Of a stretch of 52,937 nucleotides of DNA, positions 8,598 through 18,280 are shown one piece after another. The position numbers and the translations under genes are program-made. The notes beneath the pieces were generated by a model that searched no databases, was not told the DNA's origin, and worked only from the letters and a program-made list of their open reading frames with translations. The DNA comes from Actinomycetota bacterium (GTDB taxonomy: Bacteria > Actinomycetota > Acidimicrobiia > IMCC26256 > JAGPDB01): assembly GCA_963169585.1 (NCBI GenBank), contig CAUJDU010000035.1:1-52937 (forward strand), given 5' to 3'. Within the stretch, counting starts at the first letter, position 1. Each line of letters begins with the position of its first letter.

Positions 8598-11480
8598 ATG
8601 CAAACAGGAAAATCTATGAAATCACAAATTACGGTAAAAGGTGCAAGAGAGCACAACCTTAAAAATGTTGATGTTGAGCTTCCTCGTGACTCACTAGTTG
8701 TACTAACAGGCCTATCAGGATCTGGAAAATCATCGCTTGCTTTTGACACGATCTATGCGGAAGGTCAACGACGTTATGTTGAATCACTAAGCGCTTATGC
8801 AAGACAATTTCTGGGACAAATGGAAAAACCAGACGTTGATTTAATTGAGGGCCTATCTCCTGCAATTTCAATAGACCAGAAAACAGCATCAAAAAATCCA
8901 AGATCAACTGTTGGAACAATTACAGAAATATACGATTACCTCCGTTTGCTTTACGCAAGAGTTGGTCACCCCCATTGTCCTACTTGCGGTCGTTCAATCG
9001 CTCGCCAAACTCCACAGCAAATTGTAGACCGAATTTTAAAAATGGATACAGGTATCAAATTTCAGGTTTTAGCCCCAGTAGTACGAGGTCGCAAAGGTCA
9101 ATATGACAACCTAATTAAAGATCTAATTTCACAGGGTTTTTCACGTGCTTATATAGATGGCAAAATTCTTGAGCTAAGTGAAGTGGACCCATTATCTTTA
9201 GCTCGTTACGAACAACACACTATAAAGGTAGTTATAGATCGGCTGGTAATTAAAGCAGGAATAAAGAGAAGACTTACAGATTCTCTTGAAACTGCACTTT
9301 CACTTGCAAACGGAATTGTAGAAATAGAGTTAGTTGGAGTAAAACCTGAAATAGGTGAATTGGAGGATGCGGAATCCAGTGATTCATCAATACTAACTTT
9401 TTCTGAACATCTAGCTTGCAATCATTGTGGAACTAGCTTTGAAGAACTTGCTCCTAGAAACTTTTCATTTAACTCACCTTATGGGGCCTGTACTCGTTGC
9501 GATGGTTTAGGTACTAGCTTTGAAGTTGATCCAGAACTAGTAATTCCTGACAGCGATTTGTCGCTAGGAGAAGGGGCAGTTGCCCCCTGGGGTGGTTTTA
9601 AAGGTGAATATTATTCGAAAGTGATGAAATCAGTTTGTGAACAAAATGATATTCAGATGGACATACCATGGAAAAAAATAACTAAGAAAAAACAAAATAT
9701 AATTTTAGGTGGGCTGGGTAACAAAAAAATTGAGGTTACATTTAAAAATAGATACGGCAAAACGAGATCATTTAATGCAAAATTTGAGGGTGTGGTCCCA
9801 TGGCTTAAGCGAAGGCATATGGAATCAGAAAGTGATCGTGCTCGTGAAGTGGTCGAAGGGTACATGAGAGAAGTGCCATGTAGTCAATGCGAAGGAGCTC
9901 GGCTAAATCCAGTTTCACTCGGTGTTACTGTCGATTCTAGATCAATTAATGATGTTGGGGATCTTTCCATCAAAAATGCGAACTTATTCTTTGAACAGCT
10001 ATCTCTAAGTGAGCGCGAAATGTCAATTGCCACTGAAGTAATCAAAGAAATACGCGGACGGTTAAAGTTCCTAAATGATGTAGGCCTGGATTATCTTTCG
10101 ATAAATAGGAATTCTTCGACGCTTTCTGGAGGTGAAGCTCAACGTATTCGATTAGCTTCTCAAATCGGAAGCGGTCTTGTTGGTGTTCTTTATGTCCTGG
10201 ATGAGCCTTCCATCGGACTCCATCAGCGTGATAACGAAAAGTTGCTTGGAACTCTGACTCGATTGCGTGATTTAGGAAATACAGTTTTGGTTGTTGAACA
10301 TGACGAAGAAACCATTTTAGCTGCGGATCATGTTGTAGATGTAGGTCCGGGTGCTGGTGAACATGGCGGAGAAATAGTTCATTCAGGTACCGTATCAAAA
10401 TTATTGAAAAATAAAAATTCTGTTACTGGAGAATATTTATCTGGCAAAAAAGTGGTAGTAGAACACACAAAGAGAAGACCTAAGACTGGGTTAACAATAG
10501 AGGTTAAAGGTGCTAGAGAGCACAACCTTAAGAATATTGATATATCAATACCTTTATCTCAATTTGTTGCGGTCAGCGGTGTAAGTGGAAGTGGTAAATC
10601 TACCTTGGTAAATGACATCGTCTTAAAAACCTTAATGAAGAAGATTTATAAATCTAAAGATGTTCCTGGCAAACACAACAAGATCTCAGGTGTTGAAAAT
10701 ATAGATAAAGTAATTTCTATTGATCAATCTCCAATTGGTAGAACTCCGAGATCTAACCCAGCTACCTATACTGGTGTTTTTGATAAAATTAGAGCGTTAT
10801 TTGCACAGACGAGTGAAGCAAAAGTTCGTGGTTATCAAGCTGGTAGATTTTCATTTAATGTTAAAGGTGGTCGATGTGAGGCCTGTTCAGGTGATGGCAA
10901 TATAAAAATTGAAATGCATTTTTTACCTGATGTTTACGTTCCTTGTGAAATTTGTAAAGGTGATAGATACAATCGAGATACACTGGACATCACGTATAAA
11001 GGTAAAAATATTGCAGATGTCTTGAACATGTCAATTGAAGAAGCGTATGAGTTTTTTATCAAGATCCCAGTTATTGAGAGACATTTAAAAACACTTGTAG
11101 ATGTTGGCTTGGGCTATGTGCGTTTAGGGCAATCTGCACCAACTTTATCTGGCGGTGAGGCTCAAAGGGTAAAGCTATCAAGCGAATTAGCAAAACGAAA
11201 TACTGGCAGAACACTTTATGTGCTCGATGAGCCAACTACTGGTTTACATTTTGAAGATGTGCGTCGTTTGCTCTTAGTGCTTCAGCGTTTAGTTGAAGGA
11301 GGAAATACAGTCCTAGTTATTGAGCACAACATAGATGTAATTCGAAGCGCAGATTGGGTAATCGACCTCGGTCCTGAAGGTGGAGATGGTGGCGGTGAAA
11401 TAATTGCGCAAGGTACGCCGGAACAAATCGCAAAATCGAAGAGTAGTCACACAGGGCGATTTCTAAATGCGCTAGTGTAG
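8598..11480 (+). CDS. uvrA: Excinuclease ABC subunit A
   Basis: It shows the duplicated ABC ATPase architecture: [11 protein letters not shown] appears twice, the Walker A motifs are GLSGSGKSS and GVSGSGKST, and the signatures are LSGGEAQR twice. Zinc-finger cysteines are present (CPTCG, CNHCG, CxxCxG). ATG 8616 is an alternative start. Confidence 0.97.
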   Translation: MQTGKSMKSQITVKGAREHNLKNVDVELPRDSLVVLTGLSGSGKSSLAFDTIYAEGQRRYVESLSAYARQFLGQMEKPDVDLIEGLSPAISIDQKTASKNPRSTVGTITEIYDYLRLLYARVGHPHCPTCGRSIARQTPQQIVDRILKMDTGIKFQVLAPVVRGRKGQYDNLIKDLISQGFSRAYIDGKILELSEVDPLSLARYEQHTIKVVIDRLVIKAGIKRRLTDSLETALSLANGIVEIELVGVKPEIGELEDAESSDSSILTFSEHLACNHCGTSFEELAPRNFSFNSPYGACTRCDGLGTSFEVDPELVIPDSDLSLGEGAVAPWGGFKGEYYSKVMKSVCEQNDIQMDIPWKKITKKKQNIILGGLGNKKIEVTFKNRYGKTRSFNAKFEGVVPWLKRRHMESESDRAREVVEGYMREVPCSQCEGARLNPVSLGVTVDSRSINDVGDLSIKNANLFFEQLSLSEREMSIATEVIKEIRGRLKFLNDVGLDYLSINRNSSTLSGGEAQRIRLASQIGSGLVGVLYVLDEPSIGLHQRDNEKLLGTLTRLRDLGNTVLVVEHDEETILAADHVVDVGPGAGEHGGEIVHSGTVSKLLKNKNSVTGEYLSGKKVVVEHTKRRPKTGLTIEVKGAREHNLKNIDISIPLSQFVAVSGVSGSGKSTLVNDIVLKTLMKKIYKSKDVPGKHNKISGVENIDKVISIDQSPIGRTPRSNPATYTGVFDKIRALFAQTSEAKVRGYQAGRFSFNVKGGRCEACSGDGNIKIEMHFLPDVYVPCEICKGDRYNRDTLDITYKGKNIADVLNMSIEEAYEFFIKIPVIERHLKTLVDVGLGYVRLGQSAPTLSGGEAQRVKLSSELAKRNTGRTLYVLDEPTTGLHFEDVRRLLLVLQRLVEGGNTVLVIEHNIDVIRSADWVIDLGPEGGDGGGEIIAQGTPEQIAKSKSSHTGRFLNALV

Positions 11481-11484
11481 CGTT

Positions 11485-12414
11485 GTGAATCAAATAGTAC
11501 ATCCTCAAGCTTGGCACCCAGATCCAACAAATCGACATCAATTGAGATATTGGGATGGTAGCCAATGGACTTCTCATATTTCTGATGCTGGTACAACTGG
11601 AATTGATGTGGAAGGGCAAGAATTAGCCAACACTGGACAATCTGTTAACACTGGTTTTGTAGATGGGGAAGTTTTCGGATATACGACACCTCAACAAGTT
11701 CAAGCACAAGTTGCTAAAGCACAAACTTCATCTAGCAAAGATTCAATTTTGAGCTCTATGGAAGTCCCAAATCCTAGTTCCACACAAGTGCCGGCACCTT
11801 CATATAGTAAAACGATTTTTACAGAAAATATTCTTGTTGTGAACCAAAAAGCTAAATTGCTAGAACTAACTACAGAGTTTGGTATTTATGATCAAGAGGG
11901 AAATCAGATAGGAGCCGTTAGGCAAGTCGGCCAAAGTGCAATGAAGAAAGTAGCAAGAGCATTAACAAATCTTGATTCTATGATGACGCACACTTTAGAT
12001 ATTGTAGATATGTCAGGGAACTTACAGCTACGAATCACTAAACCGCGCGCGATGATGAAACCCAAAGTTATTGTTCAAGATGCACAAGGTAACGAGCTGG
12101 GTGTGTTATCAATAAAACTACGGATTGGTAAAGCACAGATTAAAATGATGGTTGGCGATAATCAAATCGGTATGATTTATGCTGAAAACTTTCGAGCGTG
12201 GAATTTTTCTGTTCAGGATAACTCAGCTAATAGAATTGCATCAATCACGAAGACTTGGGAAGGTTTCGCTAAAGCTATGTTTACTACAGCGGATAACTAT
12301 GTAGTGCAAATTTATCAAGAACTCCAAGAGCCCATGCATTCAATGGTCTTAGCAGGAAGCCTTGCTGTAGATTTAATTTTAAAGCAAGATAGTTCTGCTG
12401 GTTTACCGTTTTAA
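11485..12414 (+). CDS. DUF2510-like N-terminal module fused to a scramblase / LURP-one-like beta-barrel domain
   Basis: The N-terminus AWHPDPTNRHQLRYWDGSQWTSHI matches the WxPDP...RYWDG..WT pattern of DUF2510. The C-terminal ~200 aa follow the scramblase-family pattern (FGIYDQEGNQIG ... WNFSVQDNSANRIASITKTWEGFAKAMFTTADNYVV). The start is GTG. Confidence 0.65.
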   Translation: MNQIVHPQAWHPDPTNRHQLRYWDGSQWTSHISDAGTTGIDVEGQELANTGQSVNTGFVDGEVFGYTTPQQVQAQVAKAQTSSSKDSILSSMEVPNPSSTQVPAPSYSKTIFTENILVVNQKAKLLELTTEFGIYDQEGNQIGAVRQVGQSAMKKVARALTNLDSMMTHTLDIVDMSGNLQLRITKPRAMMKPKVIVQDAQGNELGVLSIKLRIGKAQIKMMVGDNQIGMIYAENFRAWNFSVQDNSANRIASITKTWEGFAKAMFTTADNYVVQIYQELQEPMHSMVLAGSLAVDLILKQDSSAGLPF

Positions 12415-13541
12415 TCGCGAGTTTTTAAGTCTGTAATATCTAGCATTCTTTGTAAGCTGGTTCTCGCCCAATGGCGTGTTTCAAAATCAACGCTAATCTC
12501 ATTTACAGGTTCGCCATCCTCAATTTTGTCAAGGCACCAAGATAGATGAGGCAGATCAATTCGAAACATTGTTGAACACGGGCAATATAGTGGATCAAGG
12601 GAAATAATTGTCTTGTCAGAATTTTCTTTTGCTAGTCGCTGCACCAAATGGACTTCTGTTGCAATGCCGATTTCTGAACCAGGTGGACATGATTCAACAA
12701 AATCAATAATCCGTTCAGTGGAACCAACTACATCTGCGATACTGACAACTTCATTTCTCGTTTCGGGATGTACAACTACTATTCCATTGGGGTGTTCTTC
12801 TCGGAAATCAGCAACATGTTGTGGGGAAAACCGTTGATGGACACTGCAATGTCCCTTCCAAAGCCAAAATGTCTTTGAGCTGATCGCTTGTGAATCGTTA
12901 GCGATACTACCCCTAGGATCGTAAAGGTAACAATCCTCACTAGTAAATCCCATCTGGTAAGCAGTATTTCTTCCTAGATGTTGATCTGGAATGAATAGAA
13001 TATATTTTCCTTTTGCTAATCCCCATTCAATAATTGCTTGTGCATTTGATGAAGTGCATACGGCTCCTCCGTGTTCGCCGACGAAGGCTTTAATTGCAGC
13101 TGAGGAATTCATGTAAGTGATCGGAACAATAAGGTCTTCATCAATAAATTCACAGAACGATTGCCACGCATCATTAACCTGCAAAATAGTTGCCATGTCA
13201 GCCATGGAGCATCCAGCATTTAAATCTGGAAGATAAACATGTTGTTCTTCATTTGTTAGAACATCCGCACTTTCTGCCATGAAGTGTACTCCACAAAATA
13301 TGACGTGAGAAGCTTGGGTATTATTGGCAGCAAACTGAGCCAATTTATAAGAGTCGCCCCTAAGATCAGCAAATTCTATTATCTCGTCTCTTTGGTAATG
13401 GTGTCCTAGTATCACCAGATCGTCTCTAAGATTATCAATTGATTTTTGGATTCTAAGCTTTAATTCCTCATCGCTAGCACGGCTATAGTGGTCAGAGAGA
13501 GGAACTTGAATTCGCAATGGAGTCGAAGATACGTTAGTCAT
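12411..13541 (-). CDS. nadA: Quinolinate synthase
   Basis: Motifs seen are GHHYQRDEI, CGVHFMAESA, YINMSAA-like YMNSSAAIKAF and the conserved cysteines. I prefer ATG 13541 (MTNVSS...). The track start at 13601 would overlap the uvrC start. Confidence 0.9.
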   Translation of the reverse strand: MTNVSSTPLRIQVPLSDHYSRASDEELKLRIQKSIDNLRDDLVILGHHYQRDEIIEFADLRGDSYKLAQFAANNTQASHVIFCGVHFMAESADVLTNEEQHVYLPDLNAGCSMADMATILQVNDAWQSFCEFIDEDLIVPITYMNSSAAIKAFVGEHGGAVCTSSNAQAIIEWGLAKGKYILFIPDQHLGRNTAYQMGFTSEDCYLYDPRGSIANDSQAISSKTFWLWKGHCSVHQRFSPQHVADFREEHPNGIVVVHPETRNEVVSIADVVGSTERIIDFVESCPPGSEIGIATEVHLVQRLAKENSDKTIISLDPLYCPCSTMFRIDLPHLSWCLDKIEDGEPVNEISVDFETRHWARTSLQRMLDITDLKTRD

Positions 13542-13569
13542 ATGAATAGTGTAGGTAATAACTAATCCA

Positions 13570-15411
13570 ATGTTCGCCCCCAGACCGTCAGAAATCCCCA
13601 CAAACCCTGGTTCTTACCAGTTTTTCTCTAAATCTAATGAAATATTGTACGTAGGAAAGGCAAAAAATTTAAGATCTCGGATTTCTACCTATTTCCAAAA
13701 TGGCCCTAAACATAATATACGTATTGAACAAATGCTCGAAATTGCTGATCGAGTCGAATGGATAGTCGTATCCAACGAAACAGAGTCTTTGCTTTTGGAG
13801 TACTCATTAATTCAGCAGCATAAGCCTCGCTATAACGTAAGGTTAAAAGATGATAAATCATATCCGTGGTTGGCTCTGAGCGTTTCAGAAAAATGGCCTT
13901 CTGCCCGTGTCTACCGAGGAAAGCTAAAAAAAGGGACAAAGTATTTTGGGCCCTATACCTCGGCATACACTATTCGAGAAACGCTTGATGTACTAACAAC
14001 CATTTTCCCAATTAGAACATGTAATCCAGGGAAATTCGCGGACTATAAGAAGCTAGGTAGGGGCTGTTTACTATACGATTTGGGGAAATGTTCTGCTCCT
14101 TGTGTAGATAACGTATCTGAAGAACAATATAGAGATTATGTAAAGGATTTCATTGCTTTTATAAATGGTGAAACAAAAACCGTAATTGAGACGGTTACAA
14201 AACAAATGGAAAAAGCTGCACAGGGACAACACTTTGAACGTGCAGCAACGCTTCGAGATCGATTGTCATCTCTTAAGGCAATAATTGAACGGCAAGAAAT
14301 ATATGGATCTAATACAGAAAATTTTGATGTAGTTGCTTACGCTACGGACAACATCGAAATATGTGTCGAAATCTTTAGAATCCGTAAAGGCCGATTTATG
14401 GGATCCAGGAAGATACTCTTAGAACCCCAATACAGTAACGAAAATGAAAACCTTTACGACCAAATTCTACTTAGATTGTATGAAAATCAACTTCCCGAAG
14501 TTATTCCACCTACAATCTATCTTTCACAATTGCCATCAAATTCGAAATCGTATGAGACGCTTTTAGCTCAGCAGAGAGAAGGAAAGGTGAAGTTACATTC
14601 ACCTGTAAAAGGATCAAAGAAAAAACTTCTCGAATTAGCACTCGAAAATGCGAATGGGTCTCTAACTCGACGGAGAAAAACTAGAATAAATGACGTAGAA
14701 CAGCGTACTAAGGCTTTAAAAGAATTACACGATACACTCGAATTGAGCAGGATCCCGTTAAGGATCGAATGTTTTGATATATCACATATACAAGGGACAA
14801 ACACTGTTGCCTCTATGGTGGTACTTGATGACGGTATTCCCAAAAAAAGTGAATATAGGCATTTTACAATTACTCATGATCAGGGTAATGATGATTTCTT
14901 ATCTATGGAAGAAGCTATTACAAGACGCTTTAAAGGTTATTTGCACGAACATGAAAAGTTTTCCGTACTTCCCGATCTCTTAGTAATCGATGGAGGGAAA
15001 GGACAGCTAAATTCCTCACTCCGCGCACTTAAATCGCTGGGGTTAGAATCTAAATTTGACGTTGTTTCAATAGCAAAGAGAGAAGAAGAAATATTCAAGC
15101 CAGACAGAAGTGATCCCTATATTATTAATCATGGCTCATTATCGCTGATGCTTCTTCAAGTTATACGAGATGAAGCCCATAGATTTGCGATTACTCATCA
15201 TCGTAATAAGCGATCTAAGACTATGACAGCTAGTATTCTAGATGACATACCCCGATTGGGTCCTGCTAGAAAGAAGAAGCTCTTGTTATCTTTTGGTTCC
15301 ATAAAAGCATTGCGTGAACAATCATTGGAAACGTTACAAAGTCTCAATTACTTACCAACTGATGTGGCATTGGCTATTTACACATCCTTGCATAGCGTCG
15401 AGGAGGAATAA
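13570..15411 (+). CDS. uvrC: Excinuclease ABC subunit C
   Basis: The GIY-YIG N-terminus reads PGSYQF...EILYVGKAKNLRSR, the UVR domain contains FERAATLRDRL, and the C-terminus has a (HhH)2 region. Confidence 0.96.
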   Translation: MFAPRPSEIPTNPGSYQFFSKSNEILYVGKAKNLRSRISTYFQNGPKHNIRIEQMLEIADRVEWIVVSNETESLLLEYSLIQQHKPRYNVRLKDDKSYPWLALSVSEKWPSARVYRGKLKKGTKYFGPYTSAYTIRETLDVLTTIFPIRTCNPGKFADYKKLGRGCLLYDLGKCSAPCVDNVSEEQYRDYVKDFIAFINGETKTVIETVTKQMEKAAQGQHFERAATLRDRLSSLKAIIERQEIYGSNTENFDVVAYATDNIEICVEIFRIRKGRFMGSRKILLEPQYSNENENLYDQILLRLYENQLPEVIPPTIYLSQLPSNSKSYETLLAQQREGKVKLHSPVKGSKKKLLELALENANGSLTRRRKTRINDVEQRTKALKELHDTLELSRIPLRIECFDISHIQGTNTVASMVVLDDGIPKKSEYRHFTITHDQGNDDFLSMEEAITRRFKGYLHEHEKFSVLPDLLVIDGGKGQLNSSLRALKSLGLESKFDVVSIAKREEEIFKPDRSDPYIINHGSLSLMLLQVIRDEAHRFAITHHRNKRSKTMTASILDDIPRLGPARKKKLLLSFGSIKALREQSLETLQSLNYLPTDVALAIYTSLHSVEEE

Positions 15412-16272
15412 TTGCATCGAATAGTTCTGATTACCGGATTGGCTGGCGCAGGTAGAACTACTGCATCAGATGCAATGGAAGATATGGGTTTTTATGTGAT
15501 GGAGAATCTTCCTTCTGTGATGATCAAAGATGTTGTTAATGGGATCTGTGATTCTCGCGAAGATAACATTAACTTAGCGATTGCGGTCGATCTAAGAGAT
15601 AAAAAATCGATAGACATGCTTTTTGAAACACGTTCAGATTTTCGCGAGCAGGGCTATAGCGTTCATGTTGTATTTCTTGATGCCGATGAAGATGCAATCG
15701 TCCGACGTTTCGATCAAACACGTCGCCCACATCCATACATTGCATCTGGCGCATTGACTAAAGCTATTGCGATTGAACGAGAGCTGCTAAGTGATGTATT
15801 GGCGGATGCAGATGTACACATAGATACAACTTCAACAAATCCTACACAGCTCGGCCAACAATTAGCACATTTATTTAAGGAAGATAATTCCGGCACAACT
15901 ATAGTAGTGAATTCTTTTGGGTTTAAGTACGGCGCACCTCGAGATGCAGACTTCATTTTTGATGTAAGATTTCTTCCCAATCCATATTGGGACTCAAAGC
16001 TAAAAGATATGACTGGACTGGAAAGTGAGATCCAAGGCTATGTTCGTGGGTTCACAGGCTATCAAGAATACCTGTTCTCATTAAAGAAAGTCCTAGAGAT
16101 CTCTATCGAAGAATTTTCAAATTTAGGAAAAGGATTCGTTACGATAGCTTTCGGTTGTACGGGTGGAGTTCATAGAAGTGTTACGGTCGCCCAAGATGTT
16201 TCTACCTGGTTAATAGATTCTGGTAGAAAAGTGATCTTGATTAACCGGGAACTCGAAAACGGTCATCACTAA
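15412..16272 (+). CDS. rapZ: RNase adapter / nucleotide-binding protein RapZ (YvcJ family)
   Basis: The P-loop is ITGLAGAGRTTA, and DVRFLPNPYW and GCTGGVHRSV are present. The TTG start follows a strong GAGGAGGA Shine-Dalgarno (15399-15406). Confidence 0.93.
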   Translation: MHRIVLITGLAGAGRTTASDAMEDMGFYVMENLPSVMIKDVVNGICDSREDNINLAIAVDLRDKKSIDMLFETRSDFREQGYSVHVVFLDADEDAIVRRFDQTRRPHPYIASGALTKAIAIERELLSDVLADADVHIDTTSTNPTQLGQQLAHLFKEDNSGTTIVVNSFGFKYGAPRDADFIFDVRFLPNPYWDSKLKDMTGLESEIQGYVRGFTGYQEYLFSLKKVLEISIEEFSNLGKGFVTIAFGCTGGVHRSVTVAQDVSTWLIDSGRKVILINRELENGHH

Positions 16273-17162
16273 TGAAAAAAGTTGTATCTATCGGCGGGGG
16301 ACATGGGCTATCAATGGTGTTACGCACATTGCTTCCTTGTAATGTTGAACAAACCGCAATTGTAAGTGTCGCTGATGATGGTGGTTCTTCTGGGCGATTG
16401 CGTAAAGATCTGGATATTCTCTCTCCTGGCGATATCCGTGCATGCATGTTGGCCCTTTCTCAAAGTGATGATGAAGATGAGAGTAGTCAGCTTGCTAGTT
16501 TGAAAAAAATATTTGAATATAGATTCGACCAAGGAGAACTTGATGGCCATTCTCTTGGAAATCTGATAATTGTTGCTTTGGCTAGAGAATCCAAATCTTT
16601 TGAAACAGCGGTAAGGCAAGCTAGTGAACTTCTTAATGTTCGTGGACGAGTTCTTCCGGCTACAGAATCTAGCGTCGTACTTTGCGCTCAAACTGAAAAA
16701 GGTTTAGTGCGAGGACAAGTTCAAATAGAACAGACACCAGGGATAGAGAAGATTATATTAGATCCTGATGACGCATTACCTTTAGCAGGAGTTGTGGAAG
16801 CCATTCTCGATGCGGATCATATAATTTATGCTCCAGGAAGCCTTTTTACTTCAGTTATTCCTTCGATTATTATTCCAGAGATTTCCCATGCATTAAAAAT
16901 TACAGAAGCTGATATTACTATGCTAATGAATTTAGGTACTAAAGGCCCCGATACAAACGGGCTTAACGGTGACCAGCATCTAGAAAGAGTATTAGAACAT
17001 GGAGCTAGGGTAGATCGAGTAATTTGTGCGATTGACTATCTGTGCGTAGAAAATGGACCTCAAAATATGGAGGTTGTACAAGCTGCGATTGGTAGCCAAA
17101 ATGATGTCCATGACATCGATGCTCTAAGAAAATTGCTTGTAGATATTCTTAAGCTCGAATAG
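16272..17162 (+). CDS. YvcK/CuvA-family gluconeogenesis factor (CofD-like fold)
   Basis: Motifs seen are SIGGGHGLS, VADDGGSSGRLR and PGSLFTSV. It sits directly downstream of rapZ, as in Gram-positive genomes. Confidence 0.88.
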   Translation: MKKVVSIGGGHGLSMVLRTLLPCNVEQTAIVSVADDGGSSGRLRKDLDILSPGDIRACMLALSQSDDEDESSQLASLKKIFEYRFDQGELDGHSLGNLIIVALARESKSFETAVRQASELLNVRGRVLPATESSVVLCAQTEKGLVRGQVQIEQTPGIEKIILDPDDALPLAGVVEAILDADHIIYAPGSLFTSVIPSIIIPEISHALKITEADITMLMNLGTKGPDTNGLNGDQHLERVLEHGARVDRVICAIDYLCVENGPQNMEVVQAAIGSQNDVHDIDALRKLLVDILKLE

Positions 17163-17238
17163 TCCTGTCCTTTCTTGTCTACATCTTTTTTCGAGCTAGT
17201 ATCTTGGACAAGAATAAGATGTTATGAAAGGGGATTCG

Positions 17239-18276
17239 ATGAGTATTCGTGTTGGTATTAATGGGTTCGGTCGAATTGGTAGAAGCTTTACGAGAGCATT
17301 ACTTGCTAGAGGGCTAATGGATGACGTTACTCTTGCTGCAATCAATGATCCTTTTGGTGATTCAGAGGTAATGGCTTTCCTTTTAAAACATGACAGTGCT
17401 GGTGGTACATTAAACCATCATATTAAAGCAACCGAATCAGGTTTAGATATTGACGGATTCTCAATTACGAAGTTTGAAGAGAAGGACCCAGCCCAAATTG
17501 ATTGGAAATCTGCAGGCGTAGATATCGTAATAGAATCGACTGGCTTGTTTACATCGCGCGAAGCGGCTGGTGCACACATGCAAGGAGGAGCTAAGAAAGT
17601 TATCATATCTGCCCCTAGCCCTGATGCGGATGCAACTATATGCATGGGTGTAAATGATGAAGTTTATTCTCCTAAAGATCATCATGTAATTTCTAATGCT
17701 TCTTGTACAACAAACTGTTTGGCTCCTTTAGCAAAAGTTTTAGACACAGCATTGACTATAAATTCTGGATTTATGACAACTGTTCATGCTTATACTTCTG
17801 ATCAGCAGCTTCAAGACATGGCTGCTGCTTCAAGAAAAGGCAAAGCAGATGTAAGGAGAATGCGAGCAGCAGGGTTATCGATCATCCCTTCTTCGACTGG
17901 TGCAGCAAAAGCAATCGGTGTCGTATTGCCCCAACTTGATGGCAAACTTGATGGATTTGCGTTGCGTGTTCCAACACCTGTTGGTTCAATTACAGATCTA
18001 ACAGTACAAGTTGAAAAAGCAGCTTCGAAAGACGAGATAAATGAATTATTTGAAAAGGCTGCAAATGATAAAAGTTACAGAGGTGTGCTTGAATACACAA
18101 CAGAAGAATTAGTTTCCAGTGATATTATTGGAAACCCGTCTTCATGTATTTACTCAAGTCCGGATGTAATGGTTCAAGGCAATAGCGTTAAGGTTTTAGG
18201 TTGGTATGATAACGAATGGGGATATTCGAACCGAGTTGTTGATTTAGCTATGTTCTTAGAAGAATGTGGACTGTAA
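17239..18276 (+). CDS. gap: Glyceraldehyde-3-phosphate dehydrogenase
   Basis: It has GINGFGRIGR, the active site SNASCTTNCLAP, and WYDNEWGYS. I prefer ATG 17239, which follows AAAGGGGA. The track start is 17224. Confidence 0.96.
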   Translation: MSIRVGINGFGRIGRSFTRALLARGLMDDVTLAAINDPFGDSEVMAFLLKHDSAGGTLNHHIKATESGLDIDGFSITKFEEKDPAQIDWKSAGVDIVIESTGLFTSREAAGAHMQGGAKKVIISAPSPDADATICMGVNDEVYSPKDHHVISNASCTTNCLAPLAKVLDTALTINSGFMTTVHAYTSDQQLQDMAAASRKGKADVRRMRAAGLSIIPSSTGAAKAIGVVLPQLDGKLDGFALRVPTPVGSITDLTVQVEKAASKDEINELFEKAANDKSYRGVLEYTTEELVSSDIIGNPSSCIYSSPDVMVQGNSVKVLGWYDNEWGYSNRVVDLAMFLEECGL

Positions 18277-18280
18277 CTAG

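Noticed and set aside
8414-8749. The 111-aa minus-strand ORF spanning the uvrB-uvrA spacer.
   Set aside because: It overlaps the conserved uvrA N-terminus and the candidate LexA box. It has no recognisable motifs, so it is most likely spurious.
13542-13601. The nadA start at 13601, which overlaps the uvrC start.
   Set aside because: The extra 20 residues (MGISDGLGANIGLVITYTIH) are not NadA-like. ATG 13541 leaves a clean 28-nt divergent spacer.
16272-17162. The CofD-like protein as the F420 pathway partner (2-phospho-L-lactate transferase) of cofG.
   Set aside because: Its position directly after rapZ and its motifs (GGGHGLS, VADDGGSSGRLR) are those of the YvcK/CuvA gluconeogenesis-factor branch of the fold, not of CofD/FbiA. 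It is also 34 kb away from cofG.
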